A stretch of 64,000 nucleotides of DNA from a virus (IMGVR_UViG_3300050119_000049:1-64000), one strand, 5' to 3'; positions 8,886 to 18,653 are shown, numbered from the stretch's first letter. Numbers and translations are program-made. The notes: generated from the sequence alone by a model not told the origin.

Positions 8886-9208
8886 TCAGTGCATGAATTA
8901 AAAGTATCGGTTTGCTTCGGGTGCGATGCTTTCGCATGGCCGCATTGACACGGCTCGACGATAGGCTCGGACGATTCGGATTGTCGAGGACCAAATAAAC
9001 GCGACATCAAATCTGAAATTGGATTCTTTTCGAACTTGACAGACATACGAACCAGCTCCGGTCGTTGCTGCATGATTGCTTGCATCGATTGCAATACACA
9101 ATCGACACATATCATGGCATCACTTTTGATGCTCGAGACCATCATTCCAGTAGTATGCTCATCGTTCTCACAGAACCAGCATTCAATCTTCAGATTCGTC
9201 ATCTTCAA
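8852..9208 (-). CDS. Cys-rich protein with a ClpX-type zinc-binding-domain-like N-terminus
   Basis: CWFCENDEHTTGMMVSS...ICVDCV resembles the ClpX ZBD (CSFCGK...ICDECV). A second Cys cluster is CQCGH...CTECPC. Confidence 0.35.
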   Translation of the reverse strand: MKMTNLKIECWFCENDEHTTGMMVSSIKSDAMICVDCVLQSMQAIMQQRPELVRMSVKFEKNPISDLMSRLFGPRQSESSEPIVEPCQCGHAKASHPKQTDTFNSCTECPCIDYRAAS

Positions 9209-10001
9209 CCTCAGATTTCTTCGGCATGTGTTTACGAAAATATCGCGTCAGCTCTTTGCGCATCAAGCCTTGGATCTTATCGGCATACGCTTTGACGCGC
9301 ATCGCTTGGCTGAACTTGATTATACCAACGAGGTATTCAGGGCATAAATATCTCGCTGACCATTTGACGACCCATTTCCACATTGTCGAATCGAGCTTTC
9401 GAATCGACTCAAGTTCAAGAATGACATTATCCGAATGTGATAGCATGACTATCGCGTACATCGGATGCATCGTGATATTGGCGAAATGGCAATTGAGCCG
9501 CAGCATTTTCAAGCCCGTAAAATTAAAGCCGGGCAGCAGCACGTCACGGATCAACACTAAATCGGCCGGAAATTTCTTGAACAGCTCAGTGGTACGATAG
9601 AATACATCGATCGTATAAGTCTTCTTATCGACCAGCGTGATGACTACTGATTGAATGCACGGACCGAACACGCTGGCAATCTTTGAGCGCTTCGCATCGA
9701 TCGCGCCGCCTTTGATGAAATGCGCGTATGTTGTGAAGCCCACTGAACCGTATTTGCCTTGCGCCTTGCGCTTTTCCCACAAGCTGAGAGCCACGTTTCG
9801 CGACTCGTGATGCAAGTAATGCTTTGTCAGCATCGTGAGCTTTGATTTCGTATATCCTGAATCAGACAATTGCAATGAATCATCCAGTGTTGTGAATGAC
9901 AGCGTGCGATTGACGATGATCTTGCGAGCGCCACACCACATGTCCGCGTATTCAATCGACAACTGGTGACAATACCTTAACCATTCGGATTTGAGCGTCA
10001 T
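9183..10001 (-). CDS. Second, more divergent ThyA-fold paralog
   Basis: FGPCIQSVVITLVDKKTYTIDVFYRTTELFKKFPADLVLIRDVLL parallels the ThyA PCH...QFYV...LSCQLYQRSCD...PFNIASYALL core. Acidic C-terminal tail. Confidence 0.5.
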   Translation of the reverse strand: MTLKSEWLRYCHQLSIEYADMWCGARKIIVNRTLSFTTLDDSLQLSDSGYTKSKLTMLTKHYLHHESRNVALSLWEKRKAQGKYGSVGFTTYAHFIKGGAIDAKRSKIASVFGPCIQSVVITLVDKKTYTIDVFYRTTELFKKFPADLVLIRDVLLPGFNFTGLKMLRLNCHFANITMHPMYAIVMLSHSDNVILELESIRKLDSTMWKWVVKWSARYLCPEYLVGIIKFSQAMRVKAYADKIQGLMRKELTRYFRKHMPKKSEVEDDESED

Positions 10002-10176
10002 TGGCGCGACTGCACGATGAGCAATGCAGCCGTTTCTAAAGCTCGCTTGATCGTATCCGGATGATTGATCGACATGCCGCCACGATCGGCGGTATACGGC
10101 AGCACTATTGCGGCTAGCATCTCATGATGACGCTTATCTTCGATCGACGTACGTTTAATGATCTTGACGGGCTTGT

Positions 10177-11082
10177 TCATGGCTTCACGTTGACGAAAGG
10201 TATAACTGAACCGTAAGTCGTGGTCGGCAATACGCCGTTCCAACCCTGACCGGAGCGGATGTACTCGACGTATTCAGCCGGTGAGCCGAACGCACTAACC
10301 TCGGCGCGTAGGCCATCGGCTTGCGCCAGCAGTCGGTATTTTTCACCGTCGGCGTTGAGCTTGGCTGATTGGCTTGCGCCGCGTGCCTCTTCAATGGCTG
10401 CGTCTGCTGCGCCTTTGGCCGTGATCACTACCTGATCGGCTTCGAATTGCTTCGTACGTTTGGTATTCTCAGCAGCAACGGCGGCATTCTTGGCATTGAC
10501 GGCAGCGGCATTCGATGCGAGAAATTGAGGTGACGGCTTGATTTCAGGGAGCTGTAACGAGTGTGGCTCAATGCCAAACAATGATCTTAGGCGTTCATGC
10601 ACTGAGGCCGTGATCGCCGCCTGAATCGCCGCACGATTGGCATTGACCGTCACCATGTTCTGTCCGGCGAATATGGCCGATGCTCGATCTTTAGCAACTG
10701 CGATCGCTTGAGCATGGATGTTGGTTTGATCGTCGCCCATACCGCCGACTTCATATAGCAGGTGATTTACCTGATCGGAAGGAATGGTGTAATTGTAATT
10801 GATCGAAATCGTCACCACCTGATTGTCGATCGTACTGACATCGAACGGCTCAATGACTACAGTGTTGAGCGTCACCTGAATTTTATCGGGTGTGTCGATG
10901 AAAGGCAGCTTGAAATGCAGGCCGGGGCCGAGCGGCTGTGCATATAGCTTAGAGCCGAGCCGTCGAATATTGCCCATGTCTGTTTGATCGATCGTAAAGA
11001 AAGAACCGTTGATGGCGAACAGCAATACGATTGCACCGATATAGTGCCATTTGTATTGCGACATATGCTTAAGAAAACTCAT
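10177..11082 (-). CDS. SPFH/band-7 (prohibitin/HflK-like) membrane protein
   Basis: N-terminal TM helix followed by an SPFH-like core and an Ala-rich coiled-coil tail. Strong SD-like AGGAGAGA before the ATG. Confidence 0.75.
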   Translation of the reverse strand: MSFLKHMSQYKWHYIGAIVLLFAINGSFFTIDQTDMGNIRRLGSKLYAQPLGPGLHFKLPFIDTPDKIQVTLNTVVIEPFDVSTIDNQVVTISINYNYTIPSDQVNHLLYEVGGMGDDQTNIHAQAIAVAKDRASAIFAGQNMVTVNANRAAIQAAITASVHERLRSLFGIEPHSLQLPEIKPSPQFLASNAAAVNAKNAAVAAENTKRTKQFEADQVVITAKGAADAAIEEARGASQSAKLNADGEKYRLLAQADGLRAEVSAFGSPAEYVEYIRSGQGWNGVLPTTTYGSVIPFVNVKP

Positions 11083-11542
11083 TATTCTCTCCTTACTGTT
11101 CCGTAACCCAATTCCTTGCCGTTAGCTTGCAGCTTCCATGACTCTTTCTTCGCTAAATTGATCGACTTGAATACCTCCACTTCACCGGAAGTCAAATGAC
11201 GAATGCGCTTGCCTTTACGGACGTGTTTAGTTTCATTCATCGGCGAATTCTCCCGTCTTCATTTGCTTGCGGCGGCGACGGCACTCACGATCACCGTTGT
11301 GACTCCAGGACCAGCCACCCCCGCCCCAACGAGTTTTGAATGAGCTGCGCGTGCAATGACGATAGCCCGCTAAGCGCATCGCGATTACTTCAGGAATTGC
11401 GCCTGGCTTACCGGCAGCCGCAATGATGTCGGATGATCGATACGCCAATGCCGGTGCAGGCCGCACGCCTTTACGAGTTTGTTGAAACGGATAAACGCGC
11501 CGATGCTTGCCCGAATGTTTAGTTTTTCCTTTCATGTAATTC

Positions 11543-12133
11543 CTATGCACCATCGGTAATTCGCTGATTGTTGACGGCGGCTTTGTCGAGATAGAATTGA
11601 TACAACGACTGCGAGGTCATTCCATACGATTTTGCGAAGGCAATGAACGAATGAAACGCCGCGATCAATCGTATCAGAAATACGCCGATCTGGCTGATCT
11701 TCGGATTGGCTTTCCATGGCTTGGCTTTGAGCGAATGAAACGCCGTATATATATTGTCGAGAAAATACAGCGCAGCATCATCCGAGTTATGAGTGACGGC
11801 GATGTGAAATAAATAGTCGAGCCGATCTGAGCTTTCTTTGATTGTCACGTCTCGCGGCTGAACGCCCGAGCATATCAACAACTCGATCATGAAATGGGCC
11901 ACGTCCGATATCTCTTCATATATATCAACGATCAGTGTTGGATCACAGCGGCGCACTTCGATGACCTCTTCAGTCATATCGAACGCCGTGCGGCGCAATT
12001 GCATTTGCGCTGACATGATATCGAGATTATATGGAATATCGAGAATCGCTAAATGACCGGCTCGATTTTCGATGTCATGAAATTTCTTCGTCAAGCCCAA
12101 CTGATGCGCGAACATCTGATCTAGCTTATCCAT
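11543..12133 (-). CDS. All-alpha NTP pyrophosphohydrolase (MazG / dimeric dUTPase superfamily)-like
   Basis: Acidic helix motifs MTEEVIEV and EEISDVAHFMIELL are typical of MazG-like NTP-PPases. Start set at MDKLDQ to avoid overlapping the kinase. Confidence 0.45.
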   Translation of the reverse strand: MDKLDQMFAHQLGLTKKFHDIENRAGHLAILDIPYNLDIMSAQMQLRRTAFDMTEEVIEVRRCDPTLIVDIYEEISDVAHFMIELLICSGVQPRDVTIKESSDRLDYLFHIAVTHNSDDAALYFLDNIYTAFHSLKAKPWKANPKISQIGVFLIRLIAAFHSFIAFAKSYGMTSQSLYQFYLDKAAVNNQRITDGA

Positions 12134-12632
12134 TTGTTTTGATCCTCGAGAAAATTTGATCGAGCAATTCAGGTTGTGGAGTTGAGGTGTAATCATAACG
12201 TATCACGTCGCACGTTGTTTCGAGCGCATCAAAGACTTTGTCATATGCTTCGATGAGCTGTGTTAGTCGAGCATGTACGCCTTCGAGCTGCGGCTGACTC
12301 TTGGCATTGTGCAAGATCACCGAGCGCGGCGGGCGGCAATAAACGTATACCGCTTTTTTAGAAAACATGTCATCGATTGGATGGCCGACTAGCGATTGAC
12401 CGCGCAGCACTTTACCGTACACATACTCGGAGATCGTGCGAATGCGATCGAGTATCAGAATCTGATCGATCGGAAATTCATCGATCCACATCAGCTCATC
12501 GACAATTTCATTCCACGAAGCCGGTGGGCGATTGGAAAAAACAAAATGCAATGTGTGACGCTTATCACGGCGCAACGCATTAAGCAGCGTTGTTTTGCCA
12601 GCGCCGTCTGGCCCCTCGATAGCGAAGATCAT
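12126..12632 (-). CDS. Deoxynucleoside monophosphate kinase (thymidylate-kinase-like P-loop)
   Basis: Walker A IEGPDGAGKTT matches the dTMP-kinase IEGxDGxGKST signature. Confidence 0.75.
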   Translation of the reverse strand: MIFAIEGPDGAGKTTLLNALRRDKRHTLHFVFSNRPPASWNEIVDELMWIDEFPIDQILILDRIRTISEYVYGKVLRGQSLVGHPIDDMFSKKAVYVYCRPPRSVILHNAKSQPQLEGVHARLTQLIEAYDKVFDALETTCDVIRYDYTSTPQPELLDQIFSRIKTNG

Positions 12633-12720
12633 TTGTGTTTGCTCCTGGCGGCTTGCGCGTATATTTGTCGAGCTGAATTTTAGGCGCGCGGTAATCAGAA
12701 GTATATAAGAGGAAGATTAA

Positions 12721-12936
12721 ATGCATGAGCTAGATAAGTATTGGACGTTAAGCAGACATGCGTCAGAGCTTGGCGTCAGCATCGCTCGAGTGATTCGTTT
12801 GATTGATCGAATGGAGTTGAAGACCTACCGTGTCGGAGCCGCCGTGTTATTGGAGCGTAAGCATTCCACTGAGATGCAAAAAGCCATCAAAGAAAAATTG
12901 ATATCGGCTGGTCGTCCCCAAAAAAATGGCCGCTGA
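12721..12936 (+). CDS. Small HTH DNA-binding protein (MerR/Xis-like)
   Basis: LSRHASELGVSIARVIRLIDRME helix-turn-helix. First gene after the strand switch. Confidence 0.45.
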   Translation: MHELDKYWTLSRHASELGVSIARVIRLIDRMELKTYRVGAAVLLERKHSTEMQKAIKEKLISAGRPQKNGR

Positions 12937-12983
12937 AACAGCAGCGGCCAAAAAGACACTTGGCAGCGTCTTAGGAGTCAAAC

Positions 12984-15101
12984 GTGAATGATCATACACG
13001 ACGTTCAGTGAGTCGTAAAATCGATGCTCGGATAGAAGTTCGTAAATGGCTGGATCGAGGAATATTGTGTGTGCCTGTTGGCCGAGGTATGAAGAAGCCC
13101 ACCGGCGGTGAAGGTTGGAATCAACTTCGCATAACGAAAGACACGATCGATCAGCATTTCAAATCGAGTGATAATTTAGGCGGGCTGTGGGGAAAGCCCA
13201 GTGGTGGTGTGATCGATGTCGATCTGGACTGGGATGAAGCGACCATCATAGCTCCTTACTTTTTGCCGCGCACTTATGTGTATGGCCGCGGTGAGCGACC
13301 GAAAACACATTATCTATATCGCTGCGGCGACGCAGTGACGAAGAAGTGGCTGTTGAGCAAGCATGACGGCGATACCGTAATCGAGCTGCGTTCGACGGGC
13401 TCACAAAGCGTACTGCCGCCTAGCTTACATCCCGATAACGATCAATATGAAGTAAACGACGATCGCGATTTTGCGACGATCGATCTGGTGATGCTGCATA
13501 AGCGAATCAACCTGATTGCCGGATTGAGCTTGCTGGCGCGGCACTATCCAACTGGCGGTGGCCGACACGATTATATATCGGCTGTAGCTGGCGCATTGAG
13601 CCGTAGCGGGCTGAATGACAGCGACGTGTTGAAAGGCTGCATGGCCGTATTGGCTGCGGCTGGCGACAAAGAAAGCGATGGCGCGCAACGCGAGCGCACA
13701 ATACGCAATACATTGAAGAAGGCCAAAGGCGATGAGGGCCATACATACGGCTGGCCGATGCTATCGGAACATACCCCGGCGTTGGTGATCAGCAAAGCGA
13801 AGAGCTGGATCGAAGCGGGCCAAGGCTATTCGCAGCCGATGCCGATCGAAGTGAAAGCACAGCCGAAATACGAAGCGCCTAAAAATCTGTTCAATCCGCC
13901 CGGATTAGTTGGCGAAATCATGCAATGGTGTTCAAGGAGCGCATACGTCAAGCAACCCGTGATCGATTTGGCAGCCGCACTGATGTGTGTCGCAATGGCT
14001 TCACAAAATCGCTACATCATCGCAAAGTGGGACACGCCATTGCAGCCATACATGATGGCGATGGCTCCGACAGCCGGGGGGAAGGAATCGGCATTAAGTC
14101 GTGTGTACGAATTTTGTAGAAAGATGAATCGCCATCAATTTTGCTTTCAAGGCTTTCAATCCTATCATTCGATGCTCGATCGACTGGGTGAGCCGCCGAG
14201 CATTGCTTGCTGGTTGTGGGATGAAGCCGGTAGAAAACTGAAAAGCGGCGGTAAATCGGCTGGCGGTCAAGATTATCAAGTGATGACGTGGCTATTGAAT
14301 TTGTACGGCACGGCAGCCAAGCATGTTCCGGGCTTGACGGCGCGAGGCACGAACATCGAGCCGATGGATTTTCCGTATCTAGTAATATTGGCCGCGACAC
14401 AACCGAACTTGTTGATGGAAGCGGTGACAGATGCGGATTTATCGAGCGGCGTAGTCAATCGCTTTTTGATGTTCGATGCCGGTGACGAGCCGACTAGCGT
14501 GAATGTCGAACGCGATGCGACATTTCCGTCAAGCATTGAAGCGCGCACCAAGCAGATCATCGATCGAGCGCCGAGAAGCGGCGAATTTCCTTTTCATACG
14601 ATCAATTTTACGCCTAGCTCGTATCGATTGTTTCGAGCGTTCGAAGACGAAGCGATCAATGCGGCTGCAGGCGCAACGATGTGGGGCCGGGCCAATCAAA
14701 ACGCATTGATACTGGCGGGCATACTATCCGTGGGCATGGGCGGCAGCAAACCGACGATCGATGATGAATGTGCGCTGTGGGCTATAGCGTTTGTGCGCTG
14801 GTCGATCGAACGCTGGGAAAAGCGCATCGGTGGATCGACAGCACGCACGGTGACGGAAGGTAATTCAAAAACCGTTGAGCAATATATATTGAATGCGCGC
14901 GATTACGTGAATAACAAAAGGCTGACGGCTGACAAAATCGCCATGCTTAAGAAGGGCAAAATGCCACGCTCGGTGCTGACGAAGCTATGCCGTCATTTGA
15001 ATGCGCGTGATCTGGACGGCATTATCATGCAGCTCAAGCAAGCCGAAATCATCGCCGAAGCGGATGAAAACGATATGACGGTGTATGCGGCATTGGCATG
15101 A
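12984..15101 (+). CDS. Bifunctional primase-polymerase (Prim-Pol) with a C-terminal DUF3987/D5-like domain
   Basis: Catalytic VIDVDLD (DxD) and SVLPPSLHPD (SxH) Prim-Pol motifs. P-loop-like MAPTAGGKES in the C-terminal half. Confidence 0.8.
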   Translation: MNDHTRRSVSRKIDARIEVRKWLDRGILCVPVGRGMKKPTGGEGWNQLRITKDTIDQHFKSSDNLGGLWGKPSGGVIDVDLDWDEATIIAPYFLPRTYVYGRGERPKTHYLYRCGDAVTKKWLLSKHDGDTVIELRSTGSQSVLPPSLHPDNDQYEVNDDRDFATIDLVMLHKRINLIAGLSLLARHYPTGGGRHDYISAVAGALSRSGLNDSDVLKGCMAVLAAAGDKESDGAQRERTIRNTLKKAKGDEGHTYGWPMLSEHTPALVISKAKSWIEAGQGYSQPMPIEVKAQPKYEAPKNLFNPPGLVGEIMQWCSRSAYVKQPVIDLAAALMCVAMASQNRYIIAKWDTPLQPYMMAMAPTAGGKESALSRVYEFCRKMNRHQFCFQGFQSYHSMLDRLGEPPSIACWLWDEAGRKLKSGGKSAGGQDYQVMTWLLNLYGTAAKHVPGLTARGTNIEPMDFPYLVILAATQPNLLMEAVTDADLSSGVVNRFLMFDAGDEPTSVNVERDATFPSSIEARTKQIIDRAPRSGEFPFHTINFTPSSYRLFRAFEDEAINAAAGATMWGRANQNALILAGILSVGMGGSKPTIDDECALWAIAFVRWSIERWEKRIGGSTARTVTEGNSKTVEQYILNARDYVNNKRLTADKIAMLKKGKMPRSVLTKLCRHLNARDLDGIIMQLKQAEIIAEADENDMTVYAALA

Positions 15102-15536
15102 TTGTTGTACAAAAAATGATCAATCAATGGCAAAATAGGGGTGACTTGCCCGGGAGGTGCGAAGTGGGCCGTGAAGTCATCACCCCACTTTTTGTTTTTG
15201 AAATCAATCACTTGACTCCTCACTTCCCGTCTTCCCTGACTTCCGACACGTATGCACATATGCACGTAGACAAGACATGCGATGTGTATACACGAATAGT
15301 ATATAACACACACACATACCCTATTTTATATGTCTATATATAGAGATTGTGTGTGTTTGTATGTATATTCTTATCTATTGATGTGTGTGTACATGTATCA
15401 ACACGTGGGAAGTGGGGAAGTGAGTCGATTTTTACATGAATTTCCGGGGAAAAGATCGATTTTGCCTTGCCGAGGAAGTCACTCAGTTCCCGGTGAAGTC
15501 ATAATGTGAGTAAAAAATGATCAAAAGGAATAAAAC
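15102..15536. promoter_or_regulatory. AT-rich non-coding region with iteron-like repeats and alternating purine/pyrimidine tracts. Candidate replication origin or regulatory hub.
   Basis: 435 nt without ORFs. GTGAAGTCA/GGAAGTCAC repeats at about 15170, 15476 and 15493, and GGAAGTG twice at 15407-15422. Imperfect inverted repeat TCACTTCCC...GGGAAGTGGGGAAGTGAG. (CA)n/(TG)n tracts at 15307-15400. Confidence 0.4.
15148..15200 (+). terminator. Putative intrinsic terminator after the primase gene
   Basis: Imperfect GC hairpin GGGGTGACTTGCC...GAAGTCATCACCCC followed by CTTTTTGTTTTTG. Confidence 0.4.
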
Positions 15537-15809
15537 ATGAATCCGAGAATAGTATGTGCCGCGATTCGAAATCGTGAAGGCAAGATTTTATGCGGGCCTA
15601 GACATTTCGATGTGACGATGCGATCGGCGATGGAGGATAATGAGGGTTGGGTCGAGCGAAGAAGTGGAGTTATCGAGCAAGGCTTTGTCGATCAGTTCGG
15701 ACATTTTTATAACCGCAGCGATGCGTGGGCAGTGGCTGAGAAAGAAGGACAGATTATTCGTGATAAGGAAAAATGTGTTGGAACATTGTACTCTGAACAT
15801 TTGTATTGA
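15537..15809 (+). CDS. Hypothetical protein
   Basis: ORF preceded by AAAGGAATAAAACATG. Confidence 0.4.
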   Translation: MNPRIVCAAIRNREGKILCGPRHFDVTMRSAMEDNEGWVERRSGVIEQGFVDQFGHFYNRSDAWAVAEKEGQIIRDKEKCVGTLYSEHLY

Positions 15810-15817
15810 GGTAGTGT

Positions 15818-16243
15818 ATGCAACCCGATTGGATCGATCGCATATGCAACGACTGGGCGATACAGCGACGCAAGTCATTGGGAATAATACTCGGATCGAA
15901 GATGGAGCCGCGAGAACGGCTCGGTAAGATTCGATCGACGCTTGGAGCCGTGCGTGAAGAAGGTGAAGGAGCAGCGTATTCGACGGTGAGCCAAAATTGG
16001 CCTGAAGTGTACACGGGGACCAATTTGCTGGTGCATCGCTGTTGGTATCAGATGATCGGACCATGGAAGGAAGTGATGCACATGCAATACGTTTGGCGCG
16101 AGCTGCCTTTTAAAGAACGGCATGAATCTATTCAGATGTCATCGACAGTGTATTGTCAGCACCTGAATCGATTGAAGCCGCATGTGGATGGATATTTGAA
16201 GTGTCATGATGATATGAAGATTGCTGGATTGGTTCTGGGGTGA
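15818..16243 (+). CDS. Hypothetical protein
   Basis: ORF. Confidence 0.4.
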   Translation: MQPDWIDRICNDWAIQRRKSLGIILGSKMEPRERLGKIRSTLGAVREEGEGAAYSTVSQNWPEVYTGTNLLVHRCWYQMIGPWKEVMHMQYVWRELPFKERHESIQMSSTVYCQHLNRLKPHVDGYLKCHDDMKIAGLVLG

Positions 16244-16415
16244 CTGACCGGAAATTCGGTGAATGCTTTAAAGCGAGGACATGTAGCTATTTTGGCCGCG
16301 ATAAGGTGTCAATAGGGTAAAACGCTTGCTTTTGTGTCGGCTAACGCTTACATTCGTCGGCGAAATATGAATTGGGTGGATTGGTCAAAGCCAGTTTGTA
16401 TTGACTCCCTTACTT

Positions 16416-16440
16416 AGCCCGCCTCGAGCGGGCTTTTTTG
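16416..16440 (+). terminator. Rho-independent terminator
   Basis: AGCCCGC-CTCGA-GCGGGCT hairpin followed by TTTTTT. Confidence 0.7.
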
Positions 16441-16450
16441 TAGGTTAAAA

Positions 16451-17077
16451 ATGAGAAAGCTGAAAAAGAGGGGCAAGCCGCCTACCGCTCCTGTGTTGAG
16501 AGCTGTTCCTGATCGCATCGTGCGACGTGTGATTCCAGCTCCTGTATCGGATGGATCAATCGGCAGACCCAGCAAATTCTGTCGAGAACTATTTGAATCT
16601 ATTTGTGAGCGGATTTCAAACGGTGAGAGCTTGCAGCAACTCTGCCGCGATCCCGAGATGCCTTCCACCACTACCATTCGGAAATGGTTGAGAAACGAAG
16701 AAAAGGACCCGTTGAAGGCAGAGTTTGGTGTCGCGTATACGCGCGCGAGAAAAGCGCTGCTCGATCACTGGGCTGAGGAGATCGTGTCGATCAGCGACGA
16801 CGGGAGCAACGATTATGTTGACCGTGAAGTGGCGCGTGGCCGTACCGTGCGTATGGCTGATCAGGAGCATATTAATCGTAGCCGGTTGCGCGTTGATACA
16901 CGCCGCTGGTTGCTGAGCAAACTCGAGCCGAAGAAGTACGGCGACAAAATCGATTTGACTGTGGGAGCTAAGGATAACGTTCCTATACCGACGGTGGCGA
17001 TGACTCCGCAAGAAGCGGCGAAAGCGTACTTGACTTTGATGGAAAAGCCGGGCGAGGACGATGAGACCGGAGGCTAG
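16451..17077 (+). CDS. Terminase small subunit
   Basis: GRPSKFCRELFESICERISNGESLQQLCRDPEMPSTTTIRKWL...WLLSKLEPKKYGDK is the conserved phage TerS pattern. Immediately upstream of TerL. Confidence 0.75.
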   Translation: MRKLKKRGKPPTAPVLRAVPDRIVRRVIPAPVSDGSIGRPSKFCRELFESICERISNGESLQQLCRDPEMPSTTTIRKWLRNEEKDPLKAEFGVAYTRARKALLDHWAEEIVSISDDGSNDYVDREVARGRTVRMADQEHINRSRLRVDTRRWLLSKLEPKKYGDKIDLTVGAKDNVPIPTVAMTPQEAAKAYLTLMEKPGEDDETGG

Positions 17078-18653
17078 CTTCGATTTTCGCAATCCAGATT
17101 ATCGTTCAGTTTATGTAGCGCGAGCTGAACGACTCAAAACGTTGCGAGCTGATCCGCTATTGTTGGCGCAGATGAAGCTGTACTATGCCGATCATATCGC
17201 CGAATTCATCAGTGACTGGGGCGTGACGCACGATCCGCGCAATGTCGAGCGCAATATACCGACTGCCGTGCCTTTCCTGTTATTTCCTAAGCAAATCGAT
17301 TGGATCAATTGGCTGATCGATCATTGGCGCAATCAAAAGCAAGGAATCACTGAGAAGACGCGGCAAATGGGCTTTTCATGGATGACGATGGCCTTTTCGT
17401 GTGCCATGTGTCTATTTCATGACGGCTTCGTCATTGGCGTCGGATCGAGAAAGCAAGATTACGTTGACGTGATCGGCGATCCCAAATCACTGATTCAAAA
17501 AGCGCGGCTGTTCATGTCCTCGCTGCCTTTCGAATTTCGTGGAGGATGGGAATCGAGCAAACATTCTCCGCACATGCGAATGGTGTTTCCTGAATCGAAA
17601 TCGATCATCGTGGGTGAAAGCGGCGATGAGCTAGGCCGAGGTAATTCAACGGCAATGTACTTCGTTGACGAATCGGCGTTCCTTGAGCATCCACTGACTG
17701 TTGACGCTGCATTATCGCAGACCACCAATTGCCGCCAGGACATCTCGACGCCTAACGGCATGGCTAACAGCTTTGCTCAGCGACGATTCTCGGAAACCGT
17801 TGACGTATTCACGTTTCACTGGCGTGACGATCCGCGTAAAGATGAAGAGTGGTACGCCAAGCAAGTGCGTGAGCTTGATCCGACCGTAGTAGCGCAAGAA
17901 ATCAACATGAGCTATTCGGCTTCGGTCGAAGGCGTGGTGATTCCGGCCGAATGGATACAAGCTGCGATCGGTGCATGTACCAAGCTCGGTATCGAACCGA
18001 CGGGTCGCAAATTCGCGGGGCTTGACGTAGCTGACGAAGGGGTAGACAAAAATGCGTTTGCTGGTCGTCACGGGCTACAACTGGAATACTTGCGATCATG
18101 GTCGGGCAAGGGTGGCGACATCTACAAGACCGTCGTGCGAGCGTTCGCCATCTGTGACGAAATGGAATATGAGGGATTTGATTATGACGCCGACGGATTG
18201 GGAGCGGGGGTACGTGGCGATGCCCGTAACATCAATGAGGAGCGCAAGAAGGCCGGTGGATTGCGTCAGATCAAGGATGCGCCGTTTCGAGGATCAGGTG
18301 CGGTATGGAAGCCCGAAGGTGAAATGGTTAAAAAGCGCAAGAATAAAGACTACTTCGCCAATCTCAAAGCACAATCGTATTGGGCATTGCGTTTGCGATT
18401 TCAAGCAACTCATCGTGCGGTGGTGGAAAAGATGCCTTACAACGTTGATGATCTCATTTCGATCGATCCCAAACTGCCCGAGCTTAACGCACTGATCATG
18501 GAGCTATCGCAGCCGACGTATGAAATCAATGGCGTTGGAAAGATTCTGATCGACAAAGCCCCCGAAGGTACACGATCGCCCAATCTGTCCGACGCTGTGA
18601 TGATCGCTTATCAACCGGCACATCGATCGATGGATATTTGGAGCTCTCTGTGA
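17061..18653 (+). CDS. Terminase large subunit
   Basis: Size, position after TerS, and the acidic nuclease-region motif FVDESAF. Confidence 0.8.
   Translation: MRPEASFDFRNPDYRSVYVARAERLKTLRADPLLLAQMKLYYADHIAEFISDWGVTHDPRNVERNIPTAVPFLLFPKQIDWINWLIDHWRNQKQGITEKTRQMGFSWMTMAFSCAMCLFHDGFVIGVGSRKQDYVDVIGDPKSLIQKARLFMSSLPFEFRGGWESSKHSPHMRMVFPESKSIIVGESGDELGRGNSTAMYFVDESAFLEHPLTVDAALSQTTNCRQDISTPNGMANSFAQRRFSETVDVFTFHWRDDPRKDEEWYAKQVRELDPTVVAQEINMSYSASVEGVVIPAEWIQAAIGACTKLGIEPTGRKFAGLDVADEGVDKNAFAGRHGLQLEYLRSWSGKGGDIYKTVVRAFAICDEMEYEGFDYDADGLGAGVRGDARNINEERKKAGGLRQIKDAPFRGSGAVWKPEGEMVKKRKNKDYFANLKAQSYWALRLRFQATHRAVVEKMPYNVDDLISIDPKLPELNALIMELSQPTYEINGVGKILIDKAPEGTRSPNLSDAVMIAYQPAHRSMDIWSSL

Noticed and set aside
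11233-11553. 106-aa minus ORF with a basic/Gly-rich sequence
   Set aside because: It overlaps a region where a 54-aa ORF (about 11098-11240) with a good SD fits the operon better. It has no motif and is likely not coding as annotated. Left uncalled.
12633-12720. Divergent promoter in the strand-switch region
   Set aside because: TTGTCG/TATATAAG-like hexamers are present, but spacing and host sigma specificity cannot be judged without a known host. Not reported as a feature.
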